Of a stretch of DNA of 42,815 nucleotides, positions 31,851-40,661 are shown piece after piece. How positions within the stretch are numbered: the stretch's first letter is position 1; every line of letters begins with the position of its first letter. Location of the stretch: positions 1-42,815 of IMG/VR virus record IMGVR_UViG_3300032243_001325. One strand, given 5' to 3'. The position numbers and the translations under genes are program-made. The stretch is from a virus (taxonomy: Duplodnaviria; Caudoviricetes). The notes under the pieces are model-generated. The model was not told where the DNA came from. It did not search any database and saw nothing but the letters and a program-made list of their open reading frames with translations.

Positions 31851-33656
31851 TTATCTTCCATTTAGGGCGTTAATATCAGCAGATAACGCCCGTTGAAGTG
31901 CAATAACCTCATTCAGCTGACTGCTAATTTTAGTTCGTTGCTCTTGAGTTGCGGTGCTACCATATTGAGTGTACCATGCTTTAAGAATTGCTGCCTGACT
32001 ATCTACATAATCACTTGCGGCTTTTATACTCTCTCTATTTGTAGGGTCCCAACTAACAGACGAAAGATTAATTGTTGGTGGTTCTGGAGAAGTTGTTGCT
32101 GCAGCCGTTGCTTTTGCTGCTGTAGTCGCGGCATCACCTGTCTTGGTAATCTTGACATCCTTTGGAACCGGCGGAGCCGCTGGAGGAGGTGTAGGAGCTG
32201 GTCCGCTCAGTTTAACCGAAGTGCTGACTCCTTGGTTATGATAGGGATATGGTTCGTGTGTGGGCGCACGAGTCACTATACTTTCTAGTCCAGTAGGTTG
32301 AGCTACCCAACCGGTGCTGTTGTTAAACTCTACCTTGGGCAGGAGATATTTGGTCAGACCTTTTGGTGCTTCCACTTCGATCTTGGGACCACCTTGCAGT
32401 TGTATCTGACTGCCATTGAAACTCAGGCTAGATCCCGAGGCCCAACTACCCAGCTGGCTGCTGATGGCCACAGTACCGGGACTTTTTATACCAATGGACC
32501 CTTGACTGAACAAGGTTAACTTGCCTTTGTTTGATACAGTCATGTCCATGTCGCTTTGCATAATGGTACCCTTGGTACTTTTCATATTAATTGTTCCACC
32601 AGCAAACATGTTGATATCATCATCGGCGTGTAAGTTTATAGTTCCCTGTGACCGTAGGTTTACACTGTTGGTGGTGTAGACGTCTAAGGTTCCTTCTTGT
32701 CCCAGTTCAACCCATGACTGTCCATTGGCATGACAGATGTATAAACAATCGCCATCATCACTCATGGTAATCTGATGACCTTTGCTGGTGCGTATGCGTA
32801 CAAGATTATCCTTGCCTTGCAGATCGCCATCATCCATGACCAAGGTATGTCCGCCTCGTCGAGCTACTACATTAGCAGCCGACGGCTGTTGTGAGGCTAA
32901 ACTTTTACCGGTAACTCCAGCATCTCCACCTGCACCACCACCAATTCCACCTAGATAAATTGCGCGACCCGGGGTGCTGATGCCATAGCAAGCACTGGGA
33001 CTTTCACGTTGGCTGGTGCTACCAATACTGCCACGAACTTGGTCATTGATTAGACCTTGTTGGAATAGGATACCGGCCAAGTAACTGTGTACTGGTTTTT
33101 TCTGATCAAAATACTTGGGATTATCAGCAATCGCTAGATTAGAATTGTTGATTTCGGTTACTGGTAATCTAGTAGATCCAGCAAAGTAACTGGCTTGTGT
33201 GGCATTTTGTGTTACCGCTTGAGCTTTGTCCACTGAGCCAATGGCCGGAATCATGTGAGTGATGCCTTGATCCGGAATACAACCCAGGTAATATCCTTGA
33301 CTCGGATCTCCGCCAACAAAGAAACAAATGACCTGTGTGCCGATGTCGGGTGGAGTAAACCACATGCCATAACTTTGTGGATTTCCTTGTTCAAATACAC
33401 CTGTGCCGGCACTGGCGCCGGCAGGTGTTGCTCCGTAGAAAGGTGGGCAATAATTGACTGTGCGCCATAGGCTACTATCATCTGGATTTGATCCTCCAAA
33501 CAATTCAATATAAACTTGTAGGCGGCCACTTCTAGTTGAGTCTACATTGTTTTTCACTCGGCCAATAAATGGACCCATTTCAACGGGCATGCCGCCGCGA
33601 TCCATTTTGTAATTACGTGGTTGTCCTGTGTTGCGTTGTATATTCTCGCCGGCCAT
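31851..33656 (-). CDS. gp5: Baseplate hub/central spike gp5-like (OB fold + beta-helix)
   Basis: GRVKNNVDSTRSGRLQVYI, YGMWFTPPDIGTQV, GHTLVMDDG, RIRTSKGHQITMSD, beta-helix repeats, PTHEPY. Confidence 0.85.
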   Translation of the reverse strand: MAGENIQRNTGQPRNYKMDRGGMPVEMGPFIGRVKNNVDSTRSGRLQVYIELFGGSNPDDSSLWRTVNYCPPFYGATPAGASAGTGVFEQGNPQSYGMWFTPPDIGTQVICFFVGGDPSQGYYLGCIPDQGITHMIPAIGSVDKAQAVTQNATQASYFAGSTRLPVTEINNSNLAIADNPKYFDQKKPVHSYLAGILFQQGLINDQVRGSIGSTSQRESPSACYGISTPGRAIYLGGIGGGAGGDAGVTGKSLASQQPSAANVVARRGGHTLVMDDGDLQGKDNLVRIRTSKGHQITMSDDGDCLYICHANGQSWVELGQEGTLDVYTTNSVNLRSQGTINLHADDDINMFAGGTINMKSTKGTIMQSDMDMTVSNKGKLTLFSQGSIGIKSPGTVAISSQLGSWASGSSLSFNGSQIQLQGGPKIEVEAPKGLTKYLLPKVEFNNSTGWVAQPTGLESIVTRAPTHEPYPYHNQGVSTSVKLSGPAPTPPPAAPPVPKDVKITKTGDAATTAAKATAAATTSPEPPTINLSSVSWDPTNRESIKAASDYVDSQAAILKAWYTQYGSTATQEQRTKISSQLNEVIALQRALSADINALNGR

Positions 33657-35446
33657 TAGGAATCATCCTTTGATATAATTTGTGGTGGTTTATTTAATCC
33701 AGTTAATCTAGCGTTTAGATTGTTATTGAAATTACTGAATCCAGACGATATGTTATTAGCTAATGAACCAAAACTAAATTGTTGTAAGTCGCTTGCATTT
33801 CCAGGAGCGGAGGTAGTTGACGGAGCAACGTCGCCACTGGAAGAGGCCGGCTTTGGTGGTGCGGCAGGTTGTGGTTCTGCCGGATAGTACAAGTCACCGT
33901 ATTCATTTTTTCTAATATTGGATACCTGGCCAGTTTCGTCTTGTATGGCATATCCACGAGATCCATCGTCTGGCACTGTAGATCCAGTACCGGCATTGGC
34001 GCTATTTTGTGGGTCTTGTGCATTGGATTGACTTTGTGGAATAGACGCTGGTCTGCTTCCAGTGTCCGTAGTAGCTGTAGAAGCAGTTGACCTGGCATTA
34101 GTAGACGGGCCAGGATTACTACCCAATGGTAATAGACTTCCTACTAATTCTTGTGTAAATTGACCTTTGCTAAACACGCTTCGGCAAGTAGTGGCCAAAT
34201 AAACAAAGGTTTCTTTTGGAGCACCAGATCCAGAATTGGTATTCATAATACCAGTACTAAAATTGTAGTCCGTTGGTCGGTTGAAACTCACAGTAAACGT
34301 CACCTGTTGACTGTCATAGTTAATAGTTCCGTCGGGATTAAATGGCTTGTAATTAAAAGTTTGAGCATTGACTCCAGTTGATACCTCGCCTTGTTGTAGC
34401 CAGGCAGGGTCTCCTAAAATTTTCATATGTACTTCTGCAAAGTCTGCTACACTATACAAAAATGACGAAGCACTGTCTGCGGGCTCGTTTACATAATTGG
34501 CCTGTCCTTGCCCGCGTTGTTCGCTAGTGGCCATGTAAGTGCGTTTGCGTTGATCTCGCCCAGCCGGCGGCGGTTGTGCAACCGATCCGGAATCTCCGGT
34601 TATAGTGGTGTAATAAGCGCAGTTATATTCTTGTTCATAACTTAAAATTTGTGAATTAAGCCCAGTAAACCAATACTCGTAAGCCTTGTGTGCGCCAAGA
34701 TAACTGCCTGGTGGAAAATATTGGCTGTCCATTTGATTTATTCTATACGGACTAACAGTAAACGTCATACGATAAGCATAATCTCTACGTTTTTTATCAT
34801 AACCCAACGGTTGGGCACCTACACTAATTTTATACCAGGCGATTTGTGTTTTAGTATTGGCTGTTTTGCTCGGTACCCATTTTCCATCTTCGTTGTAGTT
34901 GCCTAGCTGTTGATCTGTGACGTATCGGCTGCTGCGCATCACTTGATCAATCAGCTGTACAACCTGTGTTCCTGCCGTGACTTGCCATGTTTGACTGTTG
35001 ACTGCAAGTTGATCTGTGGAATTATCTAATTTGGCCTGTGCTGTATCGGTATTTTTTTGTGCAGTATTTTTGTAGACCAACGGACCCGGTTTGACTACCT
35101 GTGCGTTGCTAATAGATTTGTCTGCAAACGTTATTACATATTCGTCGGCTATTTCATAATCTTTCTTTTTTACCAACTCTTGTTGATGTTGATTCAATGC
35201 TTCGCATAGACCAGTAAATAATTCGCCGGATCCCTTGGTCGGGGCGGCAGTTGCGTTAGATGGGGCAGAAGTTGCTGTGCTCGAATCGGCATGAAGATCC
35301 ACCGACCTTTCAGCAATCGTAGATCCCCTAACTAGAACTGCTTGTTTGATAGCCAATTGTTCGGGGGTCGATGTTACGGCCGTGCCGCCAGGGCCGCCAA
35401 ATCTTTTGTTGGCTATAGCGGTTGGGTTGTATGTTATATTGGCCAT
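33656..35446 (-). CDS. Baseplate hub (gp27-like) C-terminal half
   Basis: KAYEYWFTGLNSQIL, MKILGDPAWL, SVFSKGQFTQEL; directly upstream of gp5. Confidence 0.65.
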   Translation of the reverse strand: MANITYNPTAIANKRFGGPGGTAVTSTPEQLAIKQAVLVRGSTIAERSVDLHADSSTATSAPSNATAAPTKGSGELFTGLCEALNQHQQELVKKKDYEIADEYVITFADKSISNAQVVKPGPLVYKNTAQKNTDTAQAKLDNSTDQLAVNSQTWQVTAGTQVVQLIDQVMRSSRYVTDQQLGNYNEDGKWVPSKTANTKTQIAWYKISVGAQPLGYDKKRRDYAYRMTFTVSPYRINQMDSQYFPPGSYLGAHKAYEYWFTGLNSQILSYEQEYNCAYYTTITGDSGSVAQPPPAGRDQRKRTYMATSEQRGQGQANYVNEPADSASSFLYSVADFAEVHMKILGDPAWLQQGEVSTGVNAQTFNYKPFNPDGTINYDSQQVTFTVSFNRPTDYNFSTGIMNTNSGSGAPKETFVYLATTCRSVFSKGQFTQELVGSLLPLGSNPGPSTNARSTASTATTDTGSRPASIPQSQSNAQDPQNSANAGTGSTVPDDGSRGYAIQDETGQVSNIRKNEYGDLYYPAEPQPAAPPKPASSSGDVAPSTTSAPGNASDLQQFSFGSLANNISSGFSNFNNNLNARLTGLNKPPQIISKDDS

Positions 35447-35454
35447 TATTTTTC

Positions 35455-36891
35455 TTACCTTGCTGTGCCGTCGGCATTATATTGACGACCGTATGTATCA
35501 AACCAACTTTGTTGAGCTCGTAATCGAACGTCGATTGCCAAGTCACTCCATCCTGGTGTATTGTATTCGGTTGGCATAGGCGGTATTGTTGCACTTGTTG
35601 GCGCTGCTTTGGATACTCGTGCGCCTGGTTCGGCTTTGTTTGCGGCTGTGGTAGACCCAATTGGACCACCTTGTAGCAGTTGACTCACAGTTTGTCCCGA
35701 TAATGCAAATGAAAACGGAATAGTACCACGTGCTTGACTTGTAGCAGTATTATATGGTAGTGGGGCTGCTTCTATATTATATACGATTTGATTGGCTGTG
35801 GTACGGAATGTAATATTTACTAGATTAATTGGATAATATTTTTTGATCACTGCTTGTGTATTGCTATTAGATAAATTTCCAGTGGCAGGAGCTACCAATT
35901 TACCTTGGCTGTCGTATCCATAAAATTCTATAGTTAAACAATAAAATGCCGCGACATAATTGTATGGTTGTGTGATACTTTTATATAAACCATTTACTGC
36001 TTCAAATAACCTTTGCAACAAGGTCAACCCATTGGGTTCTACTACTTTGAAATGTATACTCATGCCATTGGTACTCATGCCGGTTCCTTTGCCGGCCAGA
36101 GTACTTTCAATTTCTAAATCATCTAGATAATAATCGTAGGGAAATGCCTGGCTACGACCCTTAACAGGTGCTCCTCCACTTTGCATGAGCAGTGTCCAAG
36201 CGCCAGTATTTGGGTCCGGTCCGGCAGTTGATAATCCATAATATTGTTCAGGAGTCAACAACCACCAGCCGATACTATAGGTATAACTGGCATATTGATC
36301 TAAGACATTGGGTTGTGTTGCGATAAGCTGAGTAGAAAAGGCTGTGTTGATGGCCTGTTGGACAGTGCCGGTCGGGGTTGGTGGAGTATCGTCGGGCCCG
36401 ACACTTTTGGCAGATTCGTTAGCTTTGCCGGCACCTGTGCCTGAGCTAGTTGGTGCCCAGGCTCCTCCATTATCGTCATTGGTAATGTTTAACGGGCTAG
36501 CTGGAGTAGATTGTGTTTGACCCGTGGTTCTAGTATCACCGTTAGTTCCTGTATCTATGCCAGTGGCATTAAGTTTTGCTATCGGTTCATTAGCAGAATT
36601 AAAATTGGTTTGAGCAGTAGTATAGGCTTGTTGTGTGGCAACATATCGCTCCTGATTCAATTGTAGTTGTGCTTGATAAGTTGAGTTATCGGGGTACGCT
36701 GCAACAGCAGCCTGGCTGGCATCTAAATTTCGTTTGGCCTCAGATTGAGCAGATGCTGTGGCGATTAATGCACTTTGATAGGGATTTTGTGCTGTTGCGG
36801 CGGCCGCTTGTTCTGCTGGTGTGTTGTAATTGTTTAGTGTATTATTTAGATTACTAAAGAAATTAGAATCATTTTGTTTGTTTACGGGCAT
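35455..36891 (-). CDS. Baseplate hub (gp27-like) N-terminal half
   Basis: PNVLDQYASYTY, DYYLDDLEIES, FKVVEPNGLTLL, LTIEFYGYD; directly after gp53. Confidence 0.65.
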   Translation of the reverse strand: MPVNKQNDSNFFSNLNNTLNNYNTPAEQAAAATAQNPYQSALIATASAQSEAKRNLDASQAAVAAYPDNSTYQAQLQLNQERYVATQQAYTTAQTNFNSANEPIAKLNATGIDTGTNGDTRTTGQTQSTPASPLNITNDDNGGAWAPTSSGTGAGKANESAKSVGPDDTPPTPTGTVQQAINTAFSTQLIATQPNVLDQYASYTYSIGWWLLTPEQYYGLSTAGPDPNTGAWTLLMQSGGAPVKGRSQAFPYDYYLDDLEIESTLAGKGTGMSTNGMSIHFKVVEPNGLTLLQRLFEAVNGLYKSITQPYNYVAAFYCLTIEFYGYDSQGKLVAPATGNLSNSNTQAVIKKYYPINLVNITFRTTANQIVYNIEAAPLPYNTATSQARGTIPFSFALSGQTVSQLLQGGPIGSTTAANKAEPGARVSKAAPTSATIPPMPTEYNTPGWSDLAIDVRLRAQQSWFDTYGRQYNADGTAR

Positions 36892-36892
36892 G

Positions 36893-37195
36893 TTAGAATC
36901 CCAACACAGATTTTAGCGTGGCAATTTTGGGTAGATAAATTGTGGCGCCGGCTTCAAAGTCCATAGGCGGAGCAGTCAAGGTATTAGGGTTGCGTTGATA
37001 AAATACCCACCATAGGCCTGCATCTCCATACAAGTCGTAGGCCAACAAGTCAGGTCTATATTGAAATGTGGTATTGATAGTAAACAGGATGTCATCCGAG
37101 CTTTTGGGTATGGGTCTGTTGACCATGACATCCAAGAAGAATTGACTATACCCTGTCAAGTAATATGGGCTAGTAGCACTGTAGTTGCCGGCCAT
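36893..37195 (-). CDS. gp53: Baseplate wedge gp53-like (LysM-like)
   Basis: YRPDLLAYDLYGDAGLWWVF...G.TIYLP. Confidence 0.85.
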   Translation of the reverse strand: MAGNYSATSPYYLTGYSQFFLDVMVNRPIPKSSDDILFTINTTFQYRPDLLAYDLYGDAGLWWVFYQRNPNTLTAPPMDFEAGATIYLPKIATLKSVLGF

Positions 37196-38577
37196 TACCA
37201 GAACCCTCCTTTGAGTAATTGTCCATTGGCAAATCCTTTGAGACTAAACAGCTGACTGACTTGACTACGACTCTGTATAGGCAATAAAGTTAGACTGATA
37301 TCCATCTTGGTTGGTACATAGGTAGGATTGTTTAACAAACCTTGCAAGGGTGCTGGCATGGCATTTTGTGCACCAGGCGGTAAAAAGGATGCGGCCAATC
37401 TGGTCACTGTGGGCGACACAGCATTTAATGTAGTAGAATACAAATTCTGCAAAGGCTGTAAATTTAATCCTAGATTATTGGGAGTTCCAGAACTGATGTA
37501 GTCAACATCAGCCGGTAATGTGTATCCAAAATTACTAACCAAGCAAGGATGATTGTTGTACTGATAGTCACCTAGTCCGCTTAGAAATACCAAGGGCGGA
37601 GGACTACCACGATATTGTGCGTCTTGGCCGTAGAACATTTTGGTCACTGATCGGAAAAAATGTATAACTGCTAGAACATATGCAGCATCGGAGGTACTCT
37701 GTGCGGTAAATGTGGCTGTTAACTGAACTGCATCTGTGTAGCTGTTTTGATAAAAGTAACCACGATAGTTTGAGTGTGTTAAATTGTATTCACTGTAGTT
37801 GGCCTTGTAGCTCATGACAATGCTTGGAGTATAAGGAAATATTACTCCATTGGTTGTTTTCAATGGTTGCAATAGACCAGCATCGGTGGCCTTATATAGA
37901 TAGTTAGCACCCGGAGCCAATCTCAAGGTCACCCGCCAGTCGGTGTTGATCGGCCCTTGTTGTGACAGGCTGGCATTGGTTTCTTGAGATACAGCTTTTC
38001 CTACCCCAGCTGTTACGGTTGCTTGTGCTCGGTTTTCATTTTCGTATAAAAATTGTTCGGATATAACTCCGCCGTTGCCTGCATCAACACCATTGGCAGC
38101 GGCCAAAGCATCTAGATCTGCAGCAGAATATTTGACTTCGCTGGCAACTGGTTTTGCTTGGTTTTCGCCTGCACCAACCTGCGGATCAGGAGGATTGCTA
38201 ACAGGTTTTGGACTAGTGTCTACCCCTGCCAAGCCAGCATTATAATCTGGCGAGGCCGTCGTTGATGTCTGAGGATCTGTAGTAGGGCTTACTGGCGCAG
38301 GTGCTTTGTCTATCTGCTGGTAGCCAATCTGCTTTAAACCACCCGGTTGCGGCACTGTGCCAAGATATTTGCCAGTCTCTGGATCGTTGATAGGCACCGG
38401 TGCTGCATACCTTGGCGCATCTGGCCTACCGTAAATAACTTGATTTGATGCTTGTTCGCCAGCATTGACGGCGGCTATGTACGCATCGTATAGTGGGCCA
38501 GAACTTGGACTACCGGCCTGGAAGTATGCGTCTTCGGCTAACTTTTGCTTTGCCAAGATATCATCTAATGCTGACAT
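37195..38577 (-). CDS. Tail-tube initiator/baseplate cap (gp48/gp54-like) with long N-terminal extension
   Basis: GVIFPYTPSI, THSNY, LAVIHFFRSVTKMFYG, GSPPP, YVPTKMDISLTLLP. Confidence 0.7.
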   Translation of the reverse strand: MSALDDILAKQKLAEDAYFQAGSPSSGPLYDAYIAAVNAGEQASNQVIYGRPDAPRYAAPVPINDPETGKYLGTVPQPGGLKQIGYQQIDKAPAPVSPTTDPQTSTTASPDYNAGLAGVDTSPKPVSNPPDPQVGAGENQAKPVASEVKYSAADLDALAAANGVDAGNGGVISEQFLYENENRAQATVTAGVGKAVSQETNASLSQQGPINTDWRVTLRLAPGANYLYKATDAGLLQPLKTTNGVIFPYTPSIVMSYKANYSEYNLTHSNYRGYFYQNSYTDAVQLTATFTAQSTSDAAYVLAVIHFFRSVTKMFYGQDAQYRGSPPPLVFLSGLGDYQYNNHPCLVSNFGYTLPADVDYISSGTPNNLGLNLQPLQNLYSTTLNAVSPTVTRLAASFLPPGAQNAMPAPLQGLLNNPTYVPTKMDISLTLLPIQSRSQVSQLFSLKGFANGQLLKGGFW

Positions 38578-38595
38578 ATTTGTTTTCCTATCTTG

Positions 38596-38601
38596 TATTT
38601 A
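38596..38601 (-). promoter_or_regulatory. Putative late promoter TAAATA heading the baseplate operon
   Basis: GGTAAATAC, then AGGA SD and ATG 38577. Confidence 0.65.
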
Positions 38602-38637
38602 CCGTAAAAATAAACCACCCAGATAATGATCTAGAGG

Positions 38638-38665
38638 TTGACCTTTGTGGTTTTTGTGCTACAAT
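38638..38665 (+). promoter_or_regulatory. Sigma70-type promoter for gp55
   Basis: TTGACC-16 bp-TACAAT with extended TGc. Confidence 0.65.
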
Positions 38666-38690
38666 AAATATACTATTAGGAGATCAACGA

Positions 38691-39602
38691 GTGTCAACTA
38701 CACCCACAAGAACACCAGCAAAAACCAATTATCTCAACAATAGAGATATCCTGAAACAAATACACCTAAGCAAAAATACCTACTGTACCTACCTGGATCC
38801 TGTGACAGATCACCAGTATGATATTATCCTGCCCGGCCTGGCCAAAATCAATCAGCGCACTGTTGCTGAAGCACGACGCAATCGTGCAGATCGACTCAAG
38901 CGCGAAGGTGTCATTGTTGACCCAAAACGGATTGCCAACACCGATCTGGTGTTTAGAATTACCTGCTGGGACCACATACCCATGGCCCCCAAAAAGGTAC
39001 CCAAATCAGCGGCCAAAAAGAAACGGATCGAAGATATTTTTGAACTAGATGTGTTGGAAGAAGATGACCCGTTGGCCGACTTGATCGACATACCTGTGCT
39101 GGATGAAAAACATGTGCGCCTAAACTTTCCTCCGTTTTATCACTATAGGATAGATGAAAATAAACAACCCTTCCTTGTGGGCAAAAGTCACTGGCAGGGC
39201 GATCTTGAGCACGGCGAATTCTCCAAGGATCACGGCACCATGACTAGAACTCTCGCCACCATGTTCATGAAGTTGTGTGAACGCTATGCCACTCGCAGCA
39301 ACTGGCGTGGCTATACCTACAACGAAGAAATGCGTGGACAAGCTCTACTACAGCTCAGTCAAATTGGTCTACAATTCGACGAGTCTAAAAGCCAAAATCC
39401 CTTTGCCTACTACACAGCCGCCATCACCAATTCGTTTACTCGTATCTTGAACCTAGAAAAGAAAAATCAAAATATCCGCGACGACATGTTGGAACAGGCC
39501 GGACTCAATCCTTCATGGACTAGACAGAATGCCGGCAAGAAAGATCCCAACTTGGGTGCCACAGTCACTATCACAGCCGGTGAAGATTACGAAGCTACTT
39601 AA
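38691..39602 (+). CDS. gp55: Late-transcription sigma factor gp55-like (start GTG 38691, 303 aa)
   Basis: NYLNNRDIL, LCERYATRSNWRGYTYNEEM, FDESKSQNPFAYYTAAITNSFTRILNLEKK; AGGAG SD; synteny with gp47/gp46. Confidence 0.9.
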   Translation: MSTTPTRTPAKTNYLNNRDILKQIHLSKNTYCTYLDPVTDHQYDIILPGLAKINQRTVAEARRNRADRLKREGVIVDPKRIANTDLVFRITCWDHIPMAPKKVPKSAAKKKRIEDIFELDVLEEDDPLADLIDIPVLDEKHVRLNFPPFYHYRIDENKQPFLVGKSHWQGDLEHGEFSKDHGTMTRTLATMFMKLCERYATRSNWRGYTYNEEMRGQALLQLSQIGLQFDESKSQNPFAYYTAAITNSFTRILNLEKKNQNIRDDMLEQAGLNPSWTRQNAGKKDPNLGATVTITAGEDYEAT

Positions 39603-39611
39603 CCAGTTGAC

Positions 39612-39640
39612 TTGCAAAACTCAAAATTTGACTGTATAAT
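39612..39640 (+). promoter_or_regulatory. Sigma70-type promoter for gp47
   Basis: TTGCAA-17 bp-TATAAT, 7 nt before ATG 39648. Confidence 0.7.
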
Positions 39641-39647
39641 CAAGGAT

Positions 39648-40661
39648 ATGACCTTATTCAAAAAAGTAGCAGTCTGCACTGACATCCATTTTGGCCTCAA
39701 GTCAAATAGCCTACAACACAATCAAGATTGTTCAGATTTTATTGATTGGTTTATTGCAACGGCCCGGGCCAATGGTTGTGAAACCGGTATGTTCCTAGGC
39801 GATTGGAGTCACCAACGTGCCGCGATCAACATGCAGACCTTGCAGTACAGTCTGCGTAGCCTAGAAAAATTGTCGGCGGCCTTTGATCGATTCTACTTCA
39901 TTCCCGGCAATCACGACCTATACTATCGCGATAAACGTGATATCTACTCAACCGAATGGGCCCGACACATACCCAATATACAGATTGTGAACGACTGGTT
40001 TGAAGACGGCGATGTCATAATTGCTCCTTGGCTGGTTGGCGATGATCACAAACGCATACCCAAGATGTCGGCCCGGTACATGTTTGGACACTTTGAGTTG
40101 CCGCACTTCAAAATGAATGCCATGGTAGAAATGCCGGATCATGGTGAAGTCAAGGTAGAAAGCTTTGGCGGATTTGATCGGGTGTTTAGCGGACACTTCC
40201 ATTTAAGACAGCAAAAAAAGAACATCAACTATATCGGCAACTGTTTCCCACACAACTATGCCGATGCCGGCGATTCAGCACGTGGCATGATGATCCTGGA
40301 CTGGGGTGGTGAACCCGAGTATCATGCCTGGCCTGGACAGCCCTTGTATCGTGTGCTCAAATTGAGCCAGGTGATTGATTCAGCTCCCCAAATACTTGTG
40401 CCCAACATGCATGTCAGGGTAGAACTGGACATTGATATCAGCTACGAAGAAGCCAATTTTATCAAAGACACATTTGTTCAAGACTACCGATTAAGAGAAA
40501 TGTCCTTGATTCCGGTCAAGAGTTCAGCTGTGGACTTGGACATGGCTCCGGGCGAAATCAAGTTTGAAAGTGTGGATCAGATTGTAACAGATCAGCTGAC
40601 CAATATCGAAAGTGAATTTTACGATCCAAAATTACTACTGAAAATATATCAAAACCTATGA
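39648..40661 (+). CDS. gp47: Recombination endonuclease subunit gp47 (Mre11/SbcD-like)
   Basis: Calcineurin-like motifs TDIHFG, LGDW, PGNHD, GHFE, SGHFH. Confidence 0.93.
   Translation: MTLFKKVAVCTDIHFGLKSNSLQHNQDCSDFIDWFIATARANGCETGMFLGDWSHQRAAINMQTLQYSLRSLEKLSAAFDRFYFIPGNHDLYYRDKRDIYSTEWARHIPNIQIVNDWFEDGDVIIAPWLVGDDHKRIPKMSARYMFGHFELPHFKMNAMVEMPDHGEVKVESFGGFDRVFSGHFHLRQQKKNINYIGNCFPHNYADAGDSARGMMILDWGGEPEYHAWPGQPLYRVLKLSQVIDSAPQILVPNMHVRVELDIDISYEEANFIKDTFVQDYRLREMSLIPVKSSAVDLDMAPGEIKFESVDQIVTDQLTNIESEFYDPKLLLKIYQNL

Noticed and set aside
12096-38577. Numerous short alternative-frame and antisense ORFs inside structural genes (e.g. 28508-29131, 30219-30497, 30368-30847)
   Set aside because: Expected shadows of long, codon-biased or repetitive genes.
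38493-38690. Upstream extension of the gp55 ORF
   Set aside because: Overlaps the divergent gene and both promoters; the SD supports GTG 38691.
39612-39647. TTG-start extension of gp47
   Set aside because: Coincides with the -35/-10 promoter; ATG 39648 fits the family start.
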